64,000 nt of DNA from a virus. Where the stretch lies: positions 1-64,000 of IMG/VR virus record IMGVR_UViG_3300008954_002609, one strand, 5' to 3'. The notes under the pieces were generated by a model. It was given only the letters and a program-made list of their open reading frames with translations. It searched no databases and was not told the DNA's origin. The position numbers and the translations under genes are program-made. How positions within the stretch are numbered: the stretch's first letter is position 1; each line of letters begins with the position of its first letter. Shown here in pieces: positions 54,301 to 64,000 of this stretch.

Positions 54301-57300
54301 CCTAGTGACTTCTTATATTTTGACAACATATCCTTTCTCATTTGATCAAAATTTATAACACCTTCATTTGACACATAACATGACTTTTCTTCGTTTCGCA
54401 AAAACTCAGATGATATGAAATCTCCAAAATCTTCTACTATGTTTTTATCAAAGAAAATTGATTCACTAATGGATTCCGATATTTTTTCTAAAAAGTATTG
54501 GGACATCATGCCATAAGCACCGATTTCTGTGGCGGATGCCGTGGATGAATCAGACTTGCCAGTGCCCACAAGCTTGGTCCAAATGCTGTTTCTGAATCCG
54601 TCCACTTCTTCGGATGATATATCTGTCTCGTCTTGCTCCAACACGGATTGCCAAGAAGCACAAAATATTTCCGCAAAAGCGTTTGGTCTCAATAGCTTTT
54701 CCTCATTTGGTGCAAGCCTGATATCTCTCGCGGATCGTCGTAATCCTAGGAACTCTTCCGGTATTTCGCTTCTATATGTCTTACCCTTCCAATCATTAAA
54801 CAACAGTCTACTTGGGCGATGGAAATTATAACAATCTTTTATATTGTCAGAGGAAACAAAAGGGATTTCCTGATATAAAATGCTTTGATTAGAAATAGGC
54901 GCATCTGTACTCTCTAAAATATCAAAAATATTAGTTGGCAAAGCTATCTTTATTTCAAAATTCTTTGTTTCCCCCACTCTCAAGGGAGCCTCTGGATTTA
55001 TTTGAACTGGAGTTTCGTCGTCGTTGTCGTCGTCCTCCATCGCTGGTGGAATAGTGGCGGCATGATAGCCCAGTCCGAGGTCGTATGCTGGATATTGAGC
55101 TGGCGAAGCGAGAATTGTATCGTCCGAGTTAACAAGCAAGCGTTTGAGCCAAGGGACGGGAACTGCATCGTCTAGCATGTTTCTCATAGGAAATTGCATT
55201 ATATGAGACAATTCCATTTGGTCCTGTCTTTCAGCTAGATTGTAGAACTTTGGCTTTCCACCGCGAGAAGCCCTTATTTGAAGGAGTCTATTTCTACTCT
55301 CCTCCATCTTTAAGCGATAATATGCGTGAGTATCTGGCTGTAAATCGGCTCTGTCTCCGCCAGTGGCAAGTCTCATTCTATCGTTGCCTCGTATTTCCGT
55401 TACTCGCTCTAGGGCTGCCATCTCCCGAACATGTTGTGCTTCTGCTTCCTCCAGGAGGGCTTCTATATCGTCAGCTGTCTCCATCGCACCGTAGCACTGG
55501 TACCCTATTGGATTAGCGTCTTTGTCCACCTCTAGGGCAGCGCCGGGCTTTTGAATTCTCCCTCCACCTTCTTGCATGGCTCTTAGTTTGTTTTTCAAAA
55601 ATGCAATTGCATTCCTCGCGGGCTGGTGAAATAAATAATATGTTTCAAAAATTCGTATTATCCAGAAGACTTTGTTTCCGTTGTTGCGGTTGAGGACGGC
55701 TTTTGTTATCTGTATATCATCCGCCTCTGAACTATCGGTTTGGAGCCAATTTTCCGCATCCATATCATCATCCAAGGCAAGCATTCCACGACTTAAGGAA
55801 TATCTCACTGGGGCGGTGGCGTTGCCTGCCTGGGCGCGTTGCTCGTGAACCCTATCGAAGATTGATTCTATGTGAAAGTCAGGATTGATACCGCCGTCGT
55901 CATTGAGATAACCATTATTGTTCATTCGCAAGCCGCCCTGCTCTTCTGGGAAGAAGCCATTTTTGTCTCGTTCAATTTGCTGTGCGTAGCTAGCCAACAC
56001 ATCCGATTCACGGTTTCTAGAAGTATCCTTAAGTTCTTGTAATTGTTTTTTTAGAAATTCATATTCTGCTGCTTCTATAGGGTTAAAACCTGCTTCGCCG
56101 GGTTCTTTCTGTTTCGACACCATGTCGAATAATGATGGCACAAAACTAGAAATGTCCATTTTAAAGGCTATTGCGACATTATCCATAAGAGCTTTCGAGG
56201 CTAAATCAGCCATCTTGTTAGTCTCTGGAGCATCGTAGGGTCCTGGTAAGTTGCCATCGAAAAAGCCCGCAAGAGGATCCCTATCGAATAGGTCCTTCAA
56301 GGAAGCCCTCCTCTTCTCAGCAGATACAAGCGCCTCTGCTATTTCTTCTGGTGTAGCATTTTGACCCTCAAGTCGTTGTCTCAGTGAGGGATTTCCATCG
56401 GGACATAGGTCTCCCAGTATTATTTCTGATGAATTAGCAAGCTTTGCGCAAAGGGCTGGGTCTACAAAATTTCCTAAGATTTCAAAAAATTCTTGTATCT
56501 CCGCTTCGCTTGTTAGGAAATTCTTTATATTAGAGTAATGATTATCTATTAGATTCTTTGTTATCGTCAACGTTTCAAAGCCGGCTGCGCCTTCGAGCAA
56601 AGCACACATTTCGGGCGGGGTTAATGCTAACGCCAAAGCGTCGAACAGATCTGCTAAGTCGGAAAAGGACCCTACCGGGATGTTCATTCTTTCCAAGGAC
56701 TGTGCTGCCTTTTTCATCAGTTCTAGTTTTTTATCTGTCCCCTCTTTAGATCCAAAGGCATCTTCCCACACAGCGGCACCATAATCCAGCAAATCTTGAC
56801 AACTTGGTAGACCTACACTTCCTATTAGATCAAGTATTCCCCTGACTATCCCACACAAAAAAGCAATCAACAGATCCAATAAAGCAGCCTCAATCATGGG
56901 TATCATTATAGCCAAAGGGTCCCACCTAGGAATATCTGGCAGAGTCGGAAGACTAAAATCAAAATCCCACTTAAAACTTATTGGCCAAGGGATGTCGGGA
57001 ATACAGGAAGCGTAACTACAGAACAACATTTCAAAATCAAATTTGTCCAAAAATTCCTGGTATAGCTCCTCTAGAGTACATAAGTCTTCTTTAGGGACCG
57101 GATCAATAATAGAATAAGTTTTGCCCCTCTCGAACCTTATTAGCTTTCCCCGCAAGGCGTTGGAGGTGGGGTTCTTGCCATCTAAATTATAATCCTCATT
57201 CAGCCTGTCCTCATATGTCTTTATTTGGCTTTCCAACTTTATGATTTCTTTGCTTACGCTCGATGTATCTATTTCAAAAATTCCGCCGGTTGACTTCAGT

Positions 57301-60300
57301 ACAACAACAAAAGGACTCGTATACTTCTGTATGTTTGTGAACATTGCCTCATCTGGAGTTTCTACCAAATCTAGAGCTTCAACAAAACAATTCTCTTCTG
57401 ACTCAAGGGCTGCCTCGTACAAGTCATGCAAATTGGCTAGAAAATTCATTGTCTTCGGAAAATTCCAGGGAGGCTTTTCTAATATTGCTGGATATCCCTG
57501 CATTAGATCTTGCTTGGGTTTTCTGCCGGTACGCTCATAAGATATTCTAAGAGGCACTGCTCCGGACCTGTCCACAATCATTTCTCTCTTACTTATTTTT
57601 CTTGCACTAACTGTTTCATCAAAGTGAATGGATAACCAATCTTTTGGCTTTGATTTTGCAATTCCATTTTTTTGCAGGTACCTCTTTACGGCGGCTTTTA
57701 CTGATCTAAGATTTTCTGACTCTTTCTTGAAGTTTATATAAGGATCAAGTCTTCCGCCTTCCAGTTGAAATATCGCGATGTCCCTGGCGTATTTTAGAAA
57801 CATATCCGAGACCTTGTCTATCATCTTCTCGAACTCGTCCATAGGATAACTGACGTCAACAGGGAAGCTTTCCATATCGCGTTCGCGTGCCCTCAGCTGT
57901 GTTCTTCTTGCTAGCTCTTGTGCATTAGATAATGGCAGACCCTTACTAGCGCCCGTCAAGCCTTGAATTTCCGCCTCCCTGGAGTATTTCTTTGTCGCTC
58001 TAAGTGCGGATTTTGCGCCGGATTTAGCAGCCTCTTTCTTGTTTTGTGAAGCCCATTTCAAGCCAGCGCGGGCTGACTTCTCTGCATTATCAATTGCTTC
58101 TTCAGCGCGGTTCAACTCACTGTTCATTCGTTCACGAGCTTCCCTAGCTGCCTCAGACATTCTCTCTGGGGCGTTCTCTACAAAATCCGCAACCCTCTTT
58201 GCAGTTTGTCTAGCCTTCTCTATTGTCTCTCCTATCGTCATCGCACGATACGACCCAGGAGGATAGGTAATTTCCTTGAACATTTTCTTTCTTAGTCGTA
58301 TTATAAACTTAAACGTAGAGCCTGGTCTCGGAGTTGGGCTTTGAATTTTATGTATCGATGCGAATATTGGTCTAGCGCCAGGCTTCAGAGATTGACCAAA
58401 CAAAACGTCTACAGGTTTTGGCGACTCTCTCATAGCAGCCTCCAGATCAACATCAGAAGTCTCGTCAGGATCAGGAGGAGGAATTGGTGGAATCTGCAAA
58501 TTGTCTGACAGACTTTGACTTTCTATTGTCATCGTGAATCTCTTACTAGAATCGAATTCAGACAAAGAGTCTATTCTGGTCTGATAAGATAACAAATCCG
58601 CATAAGCTTCCTTGTGTTCCTCAACACTTCCCTTTATTTCCCACGAAGTATCTTTTCTATAAAAATCAAAGATCTGGGCTACACCGTTTCTCAATGCAGA
58701 TTCGCTGTTGTTCTTTAGGAAAAGAGAATAAGATTCGGGATTCATCGAATTTACTTCTTTCCTGGTCGTATTCGTGAAGTATGCATGATAAATATAGTCC
58801 CCATCTTCCCACGGTTCCGTGGGGGTGTCACCCACTTGCCTGTCAGTTAGGGACTCTACGGTACTGCTTGAGGTTCCAGTGATTCCTCCGCTTATACCTT
58901 CAAGGAAGTCCATTGCCTCCGTTGCGGCGGCTCTCAACCCTCCCCTATACATAAACAAATATGTTGGGGTATCAACAATTCCAATTTGCTGATTGAAATC
59001 TTGGCTCGGTGTATTCGAGTACCTACTGGTTTTTTCCTTATCTTCGGATGGAGAAATTCCCTGCATTATATTTATGAGTTGTAGCTGATTTTCTTTCTGA
59101 AGTCTCGATAAAGCTTTTTTTGTATCCTCGTCAAAATAATCATCAATGCCAAGTTTTGTATCGAGAAGGTCTTTCAGATAATACTTGATTATCAAAGTCT
59201 GAATACTTTTTGTGCCCTTCTTTATTGGTAGGTTGAATTCTATACTTCTATTTTTGTTGTCGACAAGAATAAATCTCTTATTATTTAGTGCACTCTGAAC
59301 CTCTGGATTAGCTCTTATCCTTCTAGTTGTTTCTGGACCTGTAGCTACTTCTGGGTCGCCAACTATGCTCTGAACACCTTGATCTGCTTCTGCCGCCATT
59401 GATTCATATTCTTCCCTCATCGGGTCAAGAAGTTCTCGATGGGCGTTAACTCGCTGAATGAGGAGGTTTCTCATCTGCTCGTCTGTAAATCTGTTGATCC
59501 TTCTCTCTATGATATCTAATCTATTCGTGGTTTCCAGTATTCCACTTAAAACCTCACGTATTGTTGAATCAGGAGACGAAGCAAGCTCTTGGAGTTCTTG
59601 TATCGTCTCTTCAAAATCCAACAACCTAGACTCCACTTCTGCCTTCTGGACTTCTTGTTCAGCGGATTCCAGAATAGCCCTTGAGTGCATCTTTAATTGC
59701 CGCTGTGGAGTGAACGTTGCTGTGGGGTGTGGTTTACCTTCTGTGTAAAAATTGTGATCCGTATATACAACGTTGATAGAAATTATCTTGTCCCAGTCGT
59801 CGTTCAAAGGTTCTGTTCTTACATTTATGTGGTTTATTCCATAAGCTGCGATCTCGGGATCTAATCTAATAAGGTTTCTCCTTACTGGATCAGTGCTCCT
59901 GGGGTCTGATGAAAATAATTTCCAATAGTTTATCAGCCTGTCTATCTCCCTCTCTACTGGCTGGAGTGGTGTAGACGTAGCCGTACCGTCATAAGAAGAC
60001 TCATTATAGCCATCTTGTGCCCTCAACACAAAGCCTTCTTCCCATGCATCCGAAACTCTGTTCCACTCTTCTACAATATCGGCTGATACTGTGCCACGGT
60101 GGGCTCTCCTGGTTTGGTTCCCCAGTTCACCTTGCCAATTGTATCTTATTATTGTCTCGTCATTTGTGGCTGTGACCGCCTCAATTACAATATTATACCT
60201 TTCCCTTATTGCCTGATCTTCCTCCTCAAGCCTCGCATCCAAAGCTGGGTTTGACATTAGGGATTTTCTTATCTCTGTTAAAGAAGTCAATAATTCAGAA

Positions 60301-60854
60301 ACTGTCCCTAATCTTGCCACGATCATATTGTTTAGAGATGGGTCTGTAGATCTACTAGAAGCCTCTCTCCTTCTTGCATCCTGCAAATAAGGCGGAGGAG
60401 GATCTAAGAGTATCTTGTTTTCCATATCAAACAAGACAGAACGAAAAGCCTCGTCTTCAGAAATATTAGACGGATCTCCATATCCCCTGTAACGCTCAGA
60501 ATATGTTTTAACTGATATAGGGTCATACCTCTGTCTACGACCAGTTACCGGATCTGGAGGTCCTGGCAAGGCAAGGGCAGTAAACTCTGTTTCGAGAATC
60601 ATCATCAGCCCGCCGTCATTCATCGGATCATCTATTGGAACAATATTCAAATAATCACTTCTTGTTAATGCTTGGTTCCATTCTAGGTCTCTACGGGTAC
60701 CCGGTTCTATATCGAACTGCTGATGGGATACGTGAGTTAATCTCTGCTCCTCTGTAGGCGCACCTGTATCCAACATCCTGGCTGTTGGCTCCCTAAGTAG
60801 CCTGCCTATAAGTTGGGTGAATATTCCCCTCTGTTCTTCTCTAGTATAACTCAT
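51381..60854 (-). CDS. Giant (3157 aa) acidic hypothetical protein with a degenerate peptidoglycan-binding-like segment
   Basis: Uninterrupted ORF between the spike-like gene and gp25. Confidence 0.8.
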   Translation of the reverse strand: MSYTREEQRGIFTQLIGRLLREPTARMLDTGAPTEEQRLTHVSHQQFDIEPGTRRDLEWNQALTRSDYLNIVPIDDPMNDGGLMMILETEFTALALPGPPDPVTGRRQRYDPISVKTYSERYRGYGDPSNISEDEAFRSVLFDMENKILLDPPPPYLQDARRREASSRSTDPSLNNMIVARLGTVSELLTSLTEIRKSLMSNPALDARLEEEDQAIRERYNIVIEAVTATNDETIIRYNWQGELGNQTRRAHRGTVSADIVEEWNRVSDAWEEGFVLRAQDGYNESSYDGTATSTPLQPVEREIDRLINYWKLFSSDPRSTDPVRRNLIRLDPEIAAYGINHINVRTEPLNDDWDKIISINVVYTDHNFYTEGKPHPTATFTPQRQLKMHSRAILESAEQEVQKAEVESRLLDFEETIQELQELASSPDSTIREVLSGILETTNRLDIIERRINRFTDEQMRNLLIQRVNAHRELLDPMREEYESMAAEADQGVQSIVGDPEVATGPETTRRIRANPEVQSALNNKRFILVDNKNRSIEFNLPIKKGTKSIQTLIIKYYLKDLLDTKLGIDDYFDEDTKKALSRLQKENQLQLINIMQGISPSEDKEKTSRYSNTPSQDFNQQIGIVDTPTYLFMYRGGLRAAATEAMDFLEGISGGITGTSSSTVESLTDRQVGDTPTEPWEDGDYIYHAYFTNTTRKEVNSMNPESYSLFLKNNSESALRNGVAQIFDFYRKDTSWEIKGSVEEHKEAYADLLSYQTRIDSLSEFDSSKRFTMTIESQSLSDNLQIPPIPPPDPDETSDVDLEAAMRESPKPVDVLFGQSLKPGARPIFASIHKIQSPTPRPGSTFKFIIRLRKKMFKEITYPPGSYRAMTIGETIEKARQTAKRVADFVENAPERMSEAAREARERMNSELNRAEEAIDNAEKSARAGLKWASQNKKEAAKSGAKSALRATKKYSREAEIQGLTGASKGLPLSNAQELARRTQLRARERDMESFPVDVSYPMDEFEKMIDKVSDMFLKYARDIAIFQLEGGRLDPYINFKKESENLRSVKAAVKRYLQKNGIAKSKPKDWLSIHFDETVSARKISKREMIVDRSGAVPLRISYERTGRKPKQDLMQGYPAILEKPPWNFPKTMNFLANLHDLYEAALESEENCFVEALDLVETPDEAMFTNIQKYTSPFVVVLKSTGGIFEIDTSSVSKEIIKLESQIKTYEDRLNEDYNLDGKNPTSNALRGKLIRFERGKTYSIIDPVPKEDLCTLEELYQEFLDKFDFEMLFCSYASCIPDIPWPISFKWDFDFSLPTLPDIPRWDPLAIMIPMIEAALLDLLIAFLCGIVRGILDLIGSVGLPSCQDLLDYGAAVWEDAFGSKEGTDKKLELMKKAAQSLERMNIPVGSFSDLADLFDALALALTPPEMCALLEGAAGFETLTITKNLIDNHYSNIKNFLTSEAEIQEFFEILGNFVDPALCAKLANSSEIILGDLCPDGNPSLRQRLEGQNATPEEIAEALVSAEKRRASLKDLFDRDPLAGFFDGNLPGPYDAPETNKMADLASKALMDNVAIAFKMDISSFVPSLFDMVSKQKEPGEAGFNPIEAAEYEFLKKQLQELKDTSRNRESDVLASYAQQIERDKNGFFPEEQGGLRMNNNGYLNDDGGINPDFHIESIFDRVHEQRAQAGNATAPVRYSLSRGMLALDDDMDAENWLQTDSSEADDIQITKAVLNRNNGNKVFWIIRIFETYYLFHQPARNAIAFLKNKLRAMQEGGGRIQKPGAALEVDKDANPIGYQCYGAMETADDIEALLEEAEAQHVREMAALERVTEIRGNDRMRLATGGDRADLQPDTHAYYRLKMEESRNRLLQIRASRGGKPKFYNLAERQDQMELSHIMQFPMRNMLDDAVPVPWLKRLLVNSDDTILASPAQYPAYDLGLGYHAATIPPAMEDDDNDDETPVQINPEAPLRVGETKNFEIKIALPTNIFDILESTDAPISNQSILYQEIPFVSSDNIKDCYNFHRPSRLLFNDWKGKTYRSEIPEEFLGLRRSARDIRLAPNEEKLLRPNAFAEIFCASWQSVLEQDETDISSEEVDGFRNSIWTKLVGTGKSDSSTASATEIGAYGMMSQYFLEKISESISESIFFDKNIVEDFGDFISSEFLRNEEKSCYVSNEGVINFDQMRKDMLSKYKKSLGNKNNKPENRDFSKPGPLEEGMISQLVIFYVKTYVLEFVLKGMYVFSAYSASEILKSEIISDYIHDYFVATIAGNWGHEAASSAGIDGNPFLEEVRKVGNDSNIRAAVKNILDVVLDSEDMSDTIDRIFSPSFKSLKEEFFNELSETATEVVSRESIRPNPENREAMRLNGIDQYRGLLPLHKSHDSGPRIFGGTTLSDLREYEQGKFYLEKYYKFSEEFIQNRIKGSLSQILEHNLIQEAVATLGPNANSPSLPELYFPFLEKRRTWRCYEGVFNRDEHLDLLLFIQSIIRAEDGIPVGNQGMNEGKANLVALAKQIKREIVENAFNTFRGIRLVFCPGKMTGIDFRPFKSVQNEDGTFEVVDATPSELAEQMAKKILSSMGDPDPIEALDPDMYRDFIGAQRRTLNLHDNADIETPNTIDEFSLLGSNIMTDWSYWAGVNVNSMINPGLRLEHKFVPKSELVAKNRAYIGTTTPHRSGRREAQLKFFTDFNAGNAEEEQKVRRLAKNWLHETFTPSPALEIHPDTSTNDYGKFRAEFVYGVPFVNVAYWTTGLGVAAEAGGDGGFRVIMPELGGALGINQVTAQPIGLMFPTPIASEQWPSCHREIFKEVEAMFEPRAFLDLGNPSQDQIEATEGVHLDRLRKLLNKVDDNAIRNALGLGEYIEDNGKRSLVEEPGFNMRYFFDFVFPLDRYQEMYTIYIQSMFDLSPDLVQIFMPTRKLTQKMVQALGDTDINTASNQLPLGGASSYNLLTSDQTSTGLGDAAMQSIPDISKIVEKMFKTFIPRLVRTVAGGLDPAYKDLKKTFDKNPRNTKAGLNIQSLSIESGELSTADLSVKNGFTPKKTFVPMNIQGPIDTAVAAGKIAAGMSMIPPGAGIPLLIDGAGDLLTITTRIENSITKRTSDRYGSFLTPFGLLAMGLSEMSGERYRDRLKKDPEQVFKVCDDNKPAGKSDPEEEQAQDLRDSINNLLGD

Positions 60855-60876
60855 TTAACTAATTACTTACTTCCCG

Positions 60877-62709
60877 TTAATTAACATTATTGTATTTACT
60901 TCTTATTGACTTTTTTGCACCTGCTCTAGTATACTGGTATCTCCACTTATTTATATTCCATTTTCCTGCTGCACTAGAAAAAGTGTCTATACTTGCAAGT
61001 TTCGCAACATCCGTAGCGCAAAGAACCGCAAGCGAAGGAGATGGGGACGTGGGTCCAGGTCCAGCTGTAATATGGATGTGCGTGCCCAAAGCAGCCTCCA
61101 AGATAGCTATGTGCTTTATTATCGATTGAACTGCGCCGACCGTTTCGCTTAGTATTTCTGACAGGTCATTTACACATTCCACCATATTATTTCCTAAAAT
61201 CATCGGCTGAAGTTCCGAACCCTTATACTGTCCGTTTCCTGCTATGATATCTACGCCCTTCCTAGCTGTCATCAAACCACCCTGAGAATTGTATCCATCT
61301 ACTCCGGTTATCAATTTAATCCCCTCTCTGGCTATTACACGAACGCCGTCCGCTTTGAGGGCGATGGCAGAGCGAGGATTAGAATCCTTCTGGATAGGTT
61401 TTTCTTCGTTGTTTCCGATGCGACCAGGGGCAAGCCTAAAATTTTGATCTACATAAGTTTTTTGACTCAAATAAATTCTAGCAGCATCCATCGCTGGCGA
61501 TCCCGCACGACCTGTGGTTCCTGGATCTCTAGCTGTATTGAAAATGGGGTCCACAGTCATTGGTTTGTTTTTTCTATCTACTGCTCTCGGATTAGGACTC
61601 ATTCTTCCTACGACAATATCTATTGCTCCGCATTGTGTATTTCCCTTGCCACCGAAGCCGCTGCCAAGATTGTCAGTCCTGTCCCTACCTAAGACAATCC
61701 AAGAATTATATCTATTTGATATAACCTTCTCTGTCTTTGCTTGTCTAAAATCTGGCACCGGGTCCAACATGTGATCTCCGTAAGTACCTGAGCTTTTTAT
61801 CTTTTCGTCTTCCGATAGACCCTCTAAGCTCTCCATCTGCTCCTTAGACGCCCCCTCTTGCTGGACTGACTTCTTCACCTTTGGTACTACCGGCTTCTTT
61901 ATTTGGGGGGGACTATCTGGACTCGTAGCGGGGGCATCGTCGTCGCAAGGCTTTAGGTTTTTATTTTTTTTAGCTTTCTTCTTACTCTCATCGATAACCA
62001 TTTCATAAACGTTTCCGCGAAGGTTTATCGTATTAATATCTATGTTTTCCCTAATCTCCCTGTCTGTGTCGGCGGCGCACAATGGGCGAGTGGGTCGCTG
62101 TGCTGGTGGTGGTGGTTCTACTGAAAAGTCGGATCCGGCGACCATAAACTTGTTTTTAAGATCCTCTCCGTATATCCTCAATAATTCCGCTCGCTCTTCT
62201 CCTGAGCCGTCGACAAAATCATCCAGTTCAAAATAATCTAATTGGTCAACAATATCTGGTGGCGTGCCGGCAGAGGGCACAACCGATAGTGTAGTAGGTT
62301 GATCTTCATCTTCGAAATTTCGTATTTCTCTATCTATTGCTGCGTCGGTTTGAGCGCCCGCTGTGGCCGCGTCCCTCATGGTCGTGGTGCGCCCCTCTAT
62401 CGCAAGGCTTCCGTCTGCTTTTGTCACGACTATTGGTCTTGTTATGTCATCTCTTCTGTCTACTATCTCTTCCACACTCCTCGCTTCTTCGAGGTCTGAC
62501 ATGGGTGCCTCTGGAAATCCCTCTGATGTGTATGAGAAATCTTGATATTGCCCTTTTATTCTTTCTCTTGCCTCTACGAGTCCTTGATAGTTGGGAGCAA
62601 TGGACATAGTCTCTTCTTTTAAAATGGCTCCAGTAGCAGGATCATAGATTACTATCCTGATATCTTGATTTGAATTATTTTTTATATGGGCTTTTACAAT
62701 GTCAACCAT
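60877..62709 (-). CDS. Putative baseplate central spike/hub protein (gp5/gpV-like C-terminal region)
   Basis: Position upstream of gp25. Beta-strand repeats 'IALKADGVRVIAREGIKLITG', 'QPMILGN' and a terminal H-x-H ('THIH'). Confidence 0.55.
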   Translation of the reverse strand: MVDIVKAHIKNNSNQDIRIVIYDPATGAILKEETMSIAPNYQGLVEARERIKGQYQDFSYTSEGFPEAPMSDLEEARSVEEIVDRRDDITRPIVVTKADGSLAIEGRTTTMRDAATAGAQTDAAIDREIRNFEDEDQPTTLSVVPSAGTPPDIVDQLDYFELDDFVDGSGEERAELLRIYGEDLKNKFMVAGSDFSVEPPPPAQRPTRPLCAADTDREIRENIDINTINLRGNVYEMVIDESKKKAKKNKNLKPCDDDAPATSPDSPPQIKKPVVPKVKKSVQQEGASKEQMESLEGLSEDEKIKSSGTYGDHMLDPVPDFRQAKTEKVISNRYNSWIVLGRDRTDNLGSGFGGKGNTQCGAIDIVVGRMSPNPRAVDRKNKPMTVDPIFNTARDPGTTGRAGSPAMDAARIYLSQKTYVDQNFRLAPGRIGNNEEKPIQKDSNPRSAIALKADGVRVIAREGIKLITGVDGYNSQGGLMTARKGVDIIAGNGQYKGSELQPMILGNNMVECVNDLSEILSETVGAVQSIIKHIAILEAALGTHIHITAGPGPTSPSPSLAVLCATDVAKLASIDTFSSAAGKWNINKWRYQYTRAGAKKSIRSKYNNVN

Positions 62710-62720
62710 TCTCTATATTC

Positions 62721-64000
62721 CTATGACGGCAACTGCGCGTATTTTCTGAAATCTGGCATGGTGTTGTAGGAAGATGTGAGAAACTCCGGTGGAACATACT
62801 TAAGCAGCACATTTATTGTATTGTTCTTTTTTGCAAAGGCTCTGCACTTCGAAATAGCATTGAAACTTCCCTTCTTTTGTCCCAAGGCTGCTAAATCAGA
62901 TTTGTGAAGATAGAGCCACGCAAGACCCCTTCCTGCAAAGCCTCTTCCTCCGTTTGCCTTATTCCATGCATCCATGTGTGTATTGTTCTTTCTTGTATCA
63001 ACATGTCGGACTCCCCACCGATCAAACCCGAAGTCGGTCCAGCCTGCTGCCTGGAAATAGCCTATCTGCCTTCTGACGAAGTTGTGGTGCCCATCGTTGT
63101 TTCCTGGTGGTGGAAAGTCAGTCCTATTATCCATCCTTTTGCCGCGAGCGCCCACGCTAGTTCGATAAATATCTATACCTAGTCCGTACCCGTGGGCTGA
63201 CCACTTTGCCCCACTCTGCCGCAAACTGTTGGACAATCCGTATATTCCTGGACCTGGCCATGTATTCAAAAACTCTATCCATCTCCTCATTGTATCTTCT
63301 GTCAGAATAACGGGGAATGTTCGTGTCAAATTCGGGTGAGACAAAAGAATTCCAGAAAACGGGAGACATGGTTCTGGAAATTGCTGTGTGAAGCCGTCTT
63401 TATCTTCGACAAGTCCACGGGTCAGTAACTTTTGCAATTCGTCCCCCTTAAGCCATCTTTGCTTTTTTGGGGATTTATTATACCTTAAATGGAATCTTTT
63501 TAATGGTTTTATTGTTTCTCTTCCCGTGACTGCAATTGGCGGAGGAAGGACGCCGGAAGCACCAACGCCACGGTTAGCTCCGGCTCCAACTCCCTGCTGA
63601 CGGGCGGGGGTTCCATCTGGACCGAGGATGGCTGATGCTGATGCACCAGGCGTAGTAGTGGCGACCGTTTGAACCTGAGCACCTGGAGCGAATGCGTTAG
63701 TGGCTCCGCCGCCTTGGTTCCAATATTTAGATTTGTATCCCTCAATCGTTGTAGAATCAGCCTCCAACATACTGTGAAATATTCCGTACTGTCCTGTTTC
63801 CTGATCAGTGATCTCGATTAAGCACTCTCTTAAAGAAAAATCCGCTATATCTTGAAAGTCATTATTCAATGTATAAAACCTGGGGAGTTGATATATTCTT
63901 TCTAAATCGTCCTTGCTCCTAGGTGGCAGCAACATTGAGCATATACCCCCAGCTGGAACACAGTAGTAAATGTGTACCATGGACTGATTAAATGCTTCAG
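62721..64000 (-). CDS. Protein with a C-terminal Zn peptidase M15-like (LAS) domain; probably 5'-truncated by the window edge
   Basis: 'LR.....SAHGYGLGIDI...RHVD' matches the H-x6-D...H metal ligands. The frame stays open from ATG 63980 to the window end. Confidence 0.7.
   Translation of the reverse strand, partial: EAFNQSMVHIYYCVPAGGICSMLLPPRSKDDLERIYQLPRFYTLNNDFQDIADFSLRECLIEITDQETGQYGIFHSMLEADSTTIEGYKSKYWNQGGGATNAFAPGAQVQTVATTTPGASASAILGPDGTPARQQGVGAGANRGVGASGVLPPPIAVTGRETIKPLKRFHLRYNKSPKKQRWLKGDELQKLLTRGLVEDKDGFTQQFPEPCLPFSGILLSHPNLTRTFPVILTEDTMRRWIEFLNTWPGPGIYGLSNSLRQSGAKWSAHGYGLGIDIYRTSVGARGKRMDNRTDFPPPGNNDGHHNFVRRQIGYFQAAGWTDFGFDRWGVRHVDTRKNNTHMDAWNKANGGRGFAGRGLAWLYLHKSDLAALGQKKGSFNAISKCRAFAKKNNTINVLLKYVPPEFLTSSYNTMPDFRKYAQLPS

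Noticed and set aside
47232-62709. Bacterial contractile injection system or tailocin
   Set aside because: Capsid, portal, terminase and protease genes in the same cluster show this is a complete phage.
1-64000. Alternative genetic code, introns/inteins, tRNAs or mobile elements
   Set aside because: Standard-code ORFs tile the window densely, and TAA, TAG and TGA all serve as stops. Terminase, primase, portal and capsid are uninterrupted and of ordinary size. Intergenic gaps are short and showed no cloverleaf or IS features by eye.

Overview
This window is part of the genome of a large T4-like (myovirus-type, probably jumbo) bacteriophage. Essentially all real genes are on the minus strand and tightly packed; the + strand ORFs look like antisense shadows. 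Read in the direction of transcription (right to left), it holds: an M15-type peptidase and a spike-like protein; a 3157-aa protein; baseplate gp25 and gp6; a 3590-aa baseplate/LamG protein; further baseplate and tail proteins; an embedded block of J-domain protein, RuvC-like resolvase, primase and a single-chain SbcD-SbcC (Mre11-Rad50) fusion; three membrane proteins that may be a lysis cassette; terminase, portal and prohead protease; a phage-encoded ribosomal protein bS21; scaffold, major capsid, and neck/tail-completion genes; and a fibre-like gene (absent from the ORF track) that runs off the left edge. The most notable signals are: (1) a recurrent ACTA(A/T)TTA motif upstream of structural genes, a candidate late promoter; (2) a near-consensus sigma70 promoter ahead of the SbcCD fusion; (3) strong Shine-Dalgarno sites alongside bS21; (4) enrichment of [S/T]-[G/A/S]-[S/T] tripeptides in one subset of virion proteins; (5) an in-frame internal start in the fibre gene; (6) a 33-aa Cys-Cys micro-ORF coupled to the prohead protease; (7) a tail-collar-type domain apparently split over separate genes. 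All assignments come from motif recognition by eye; no database searches were run.
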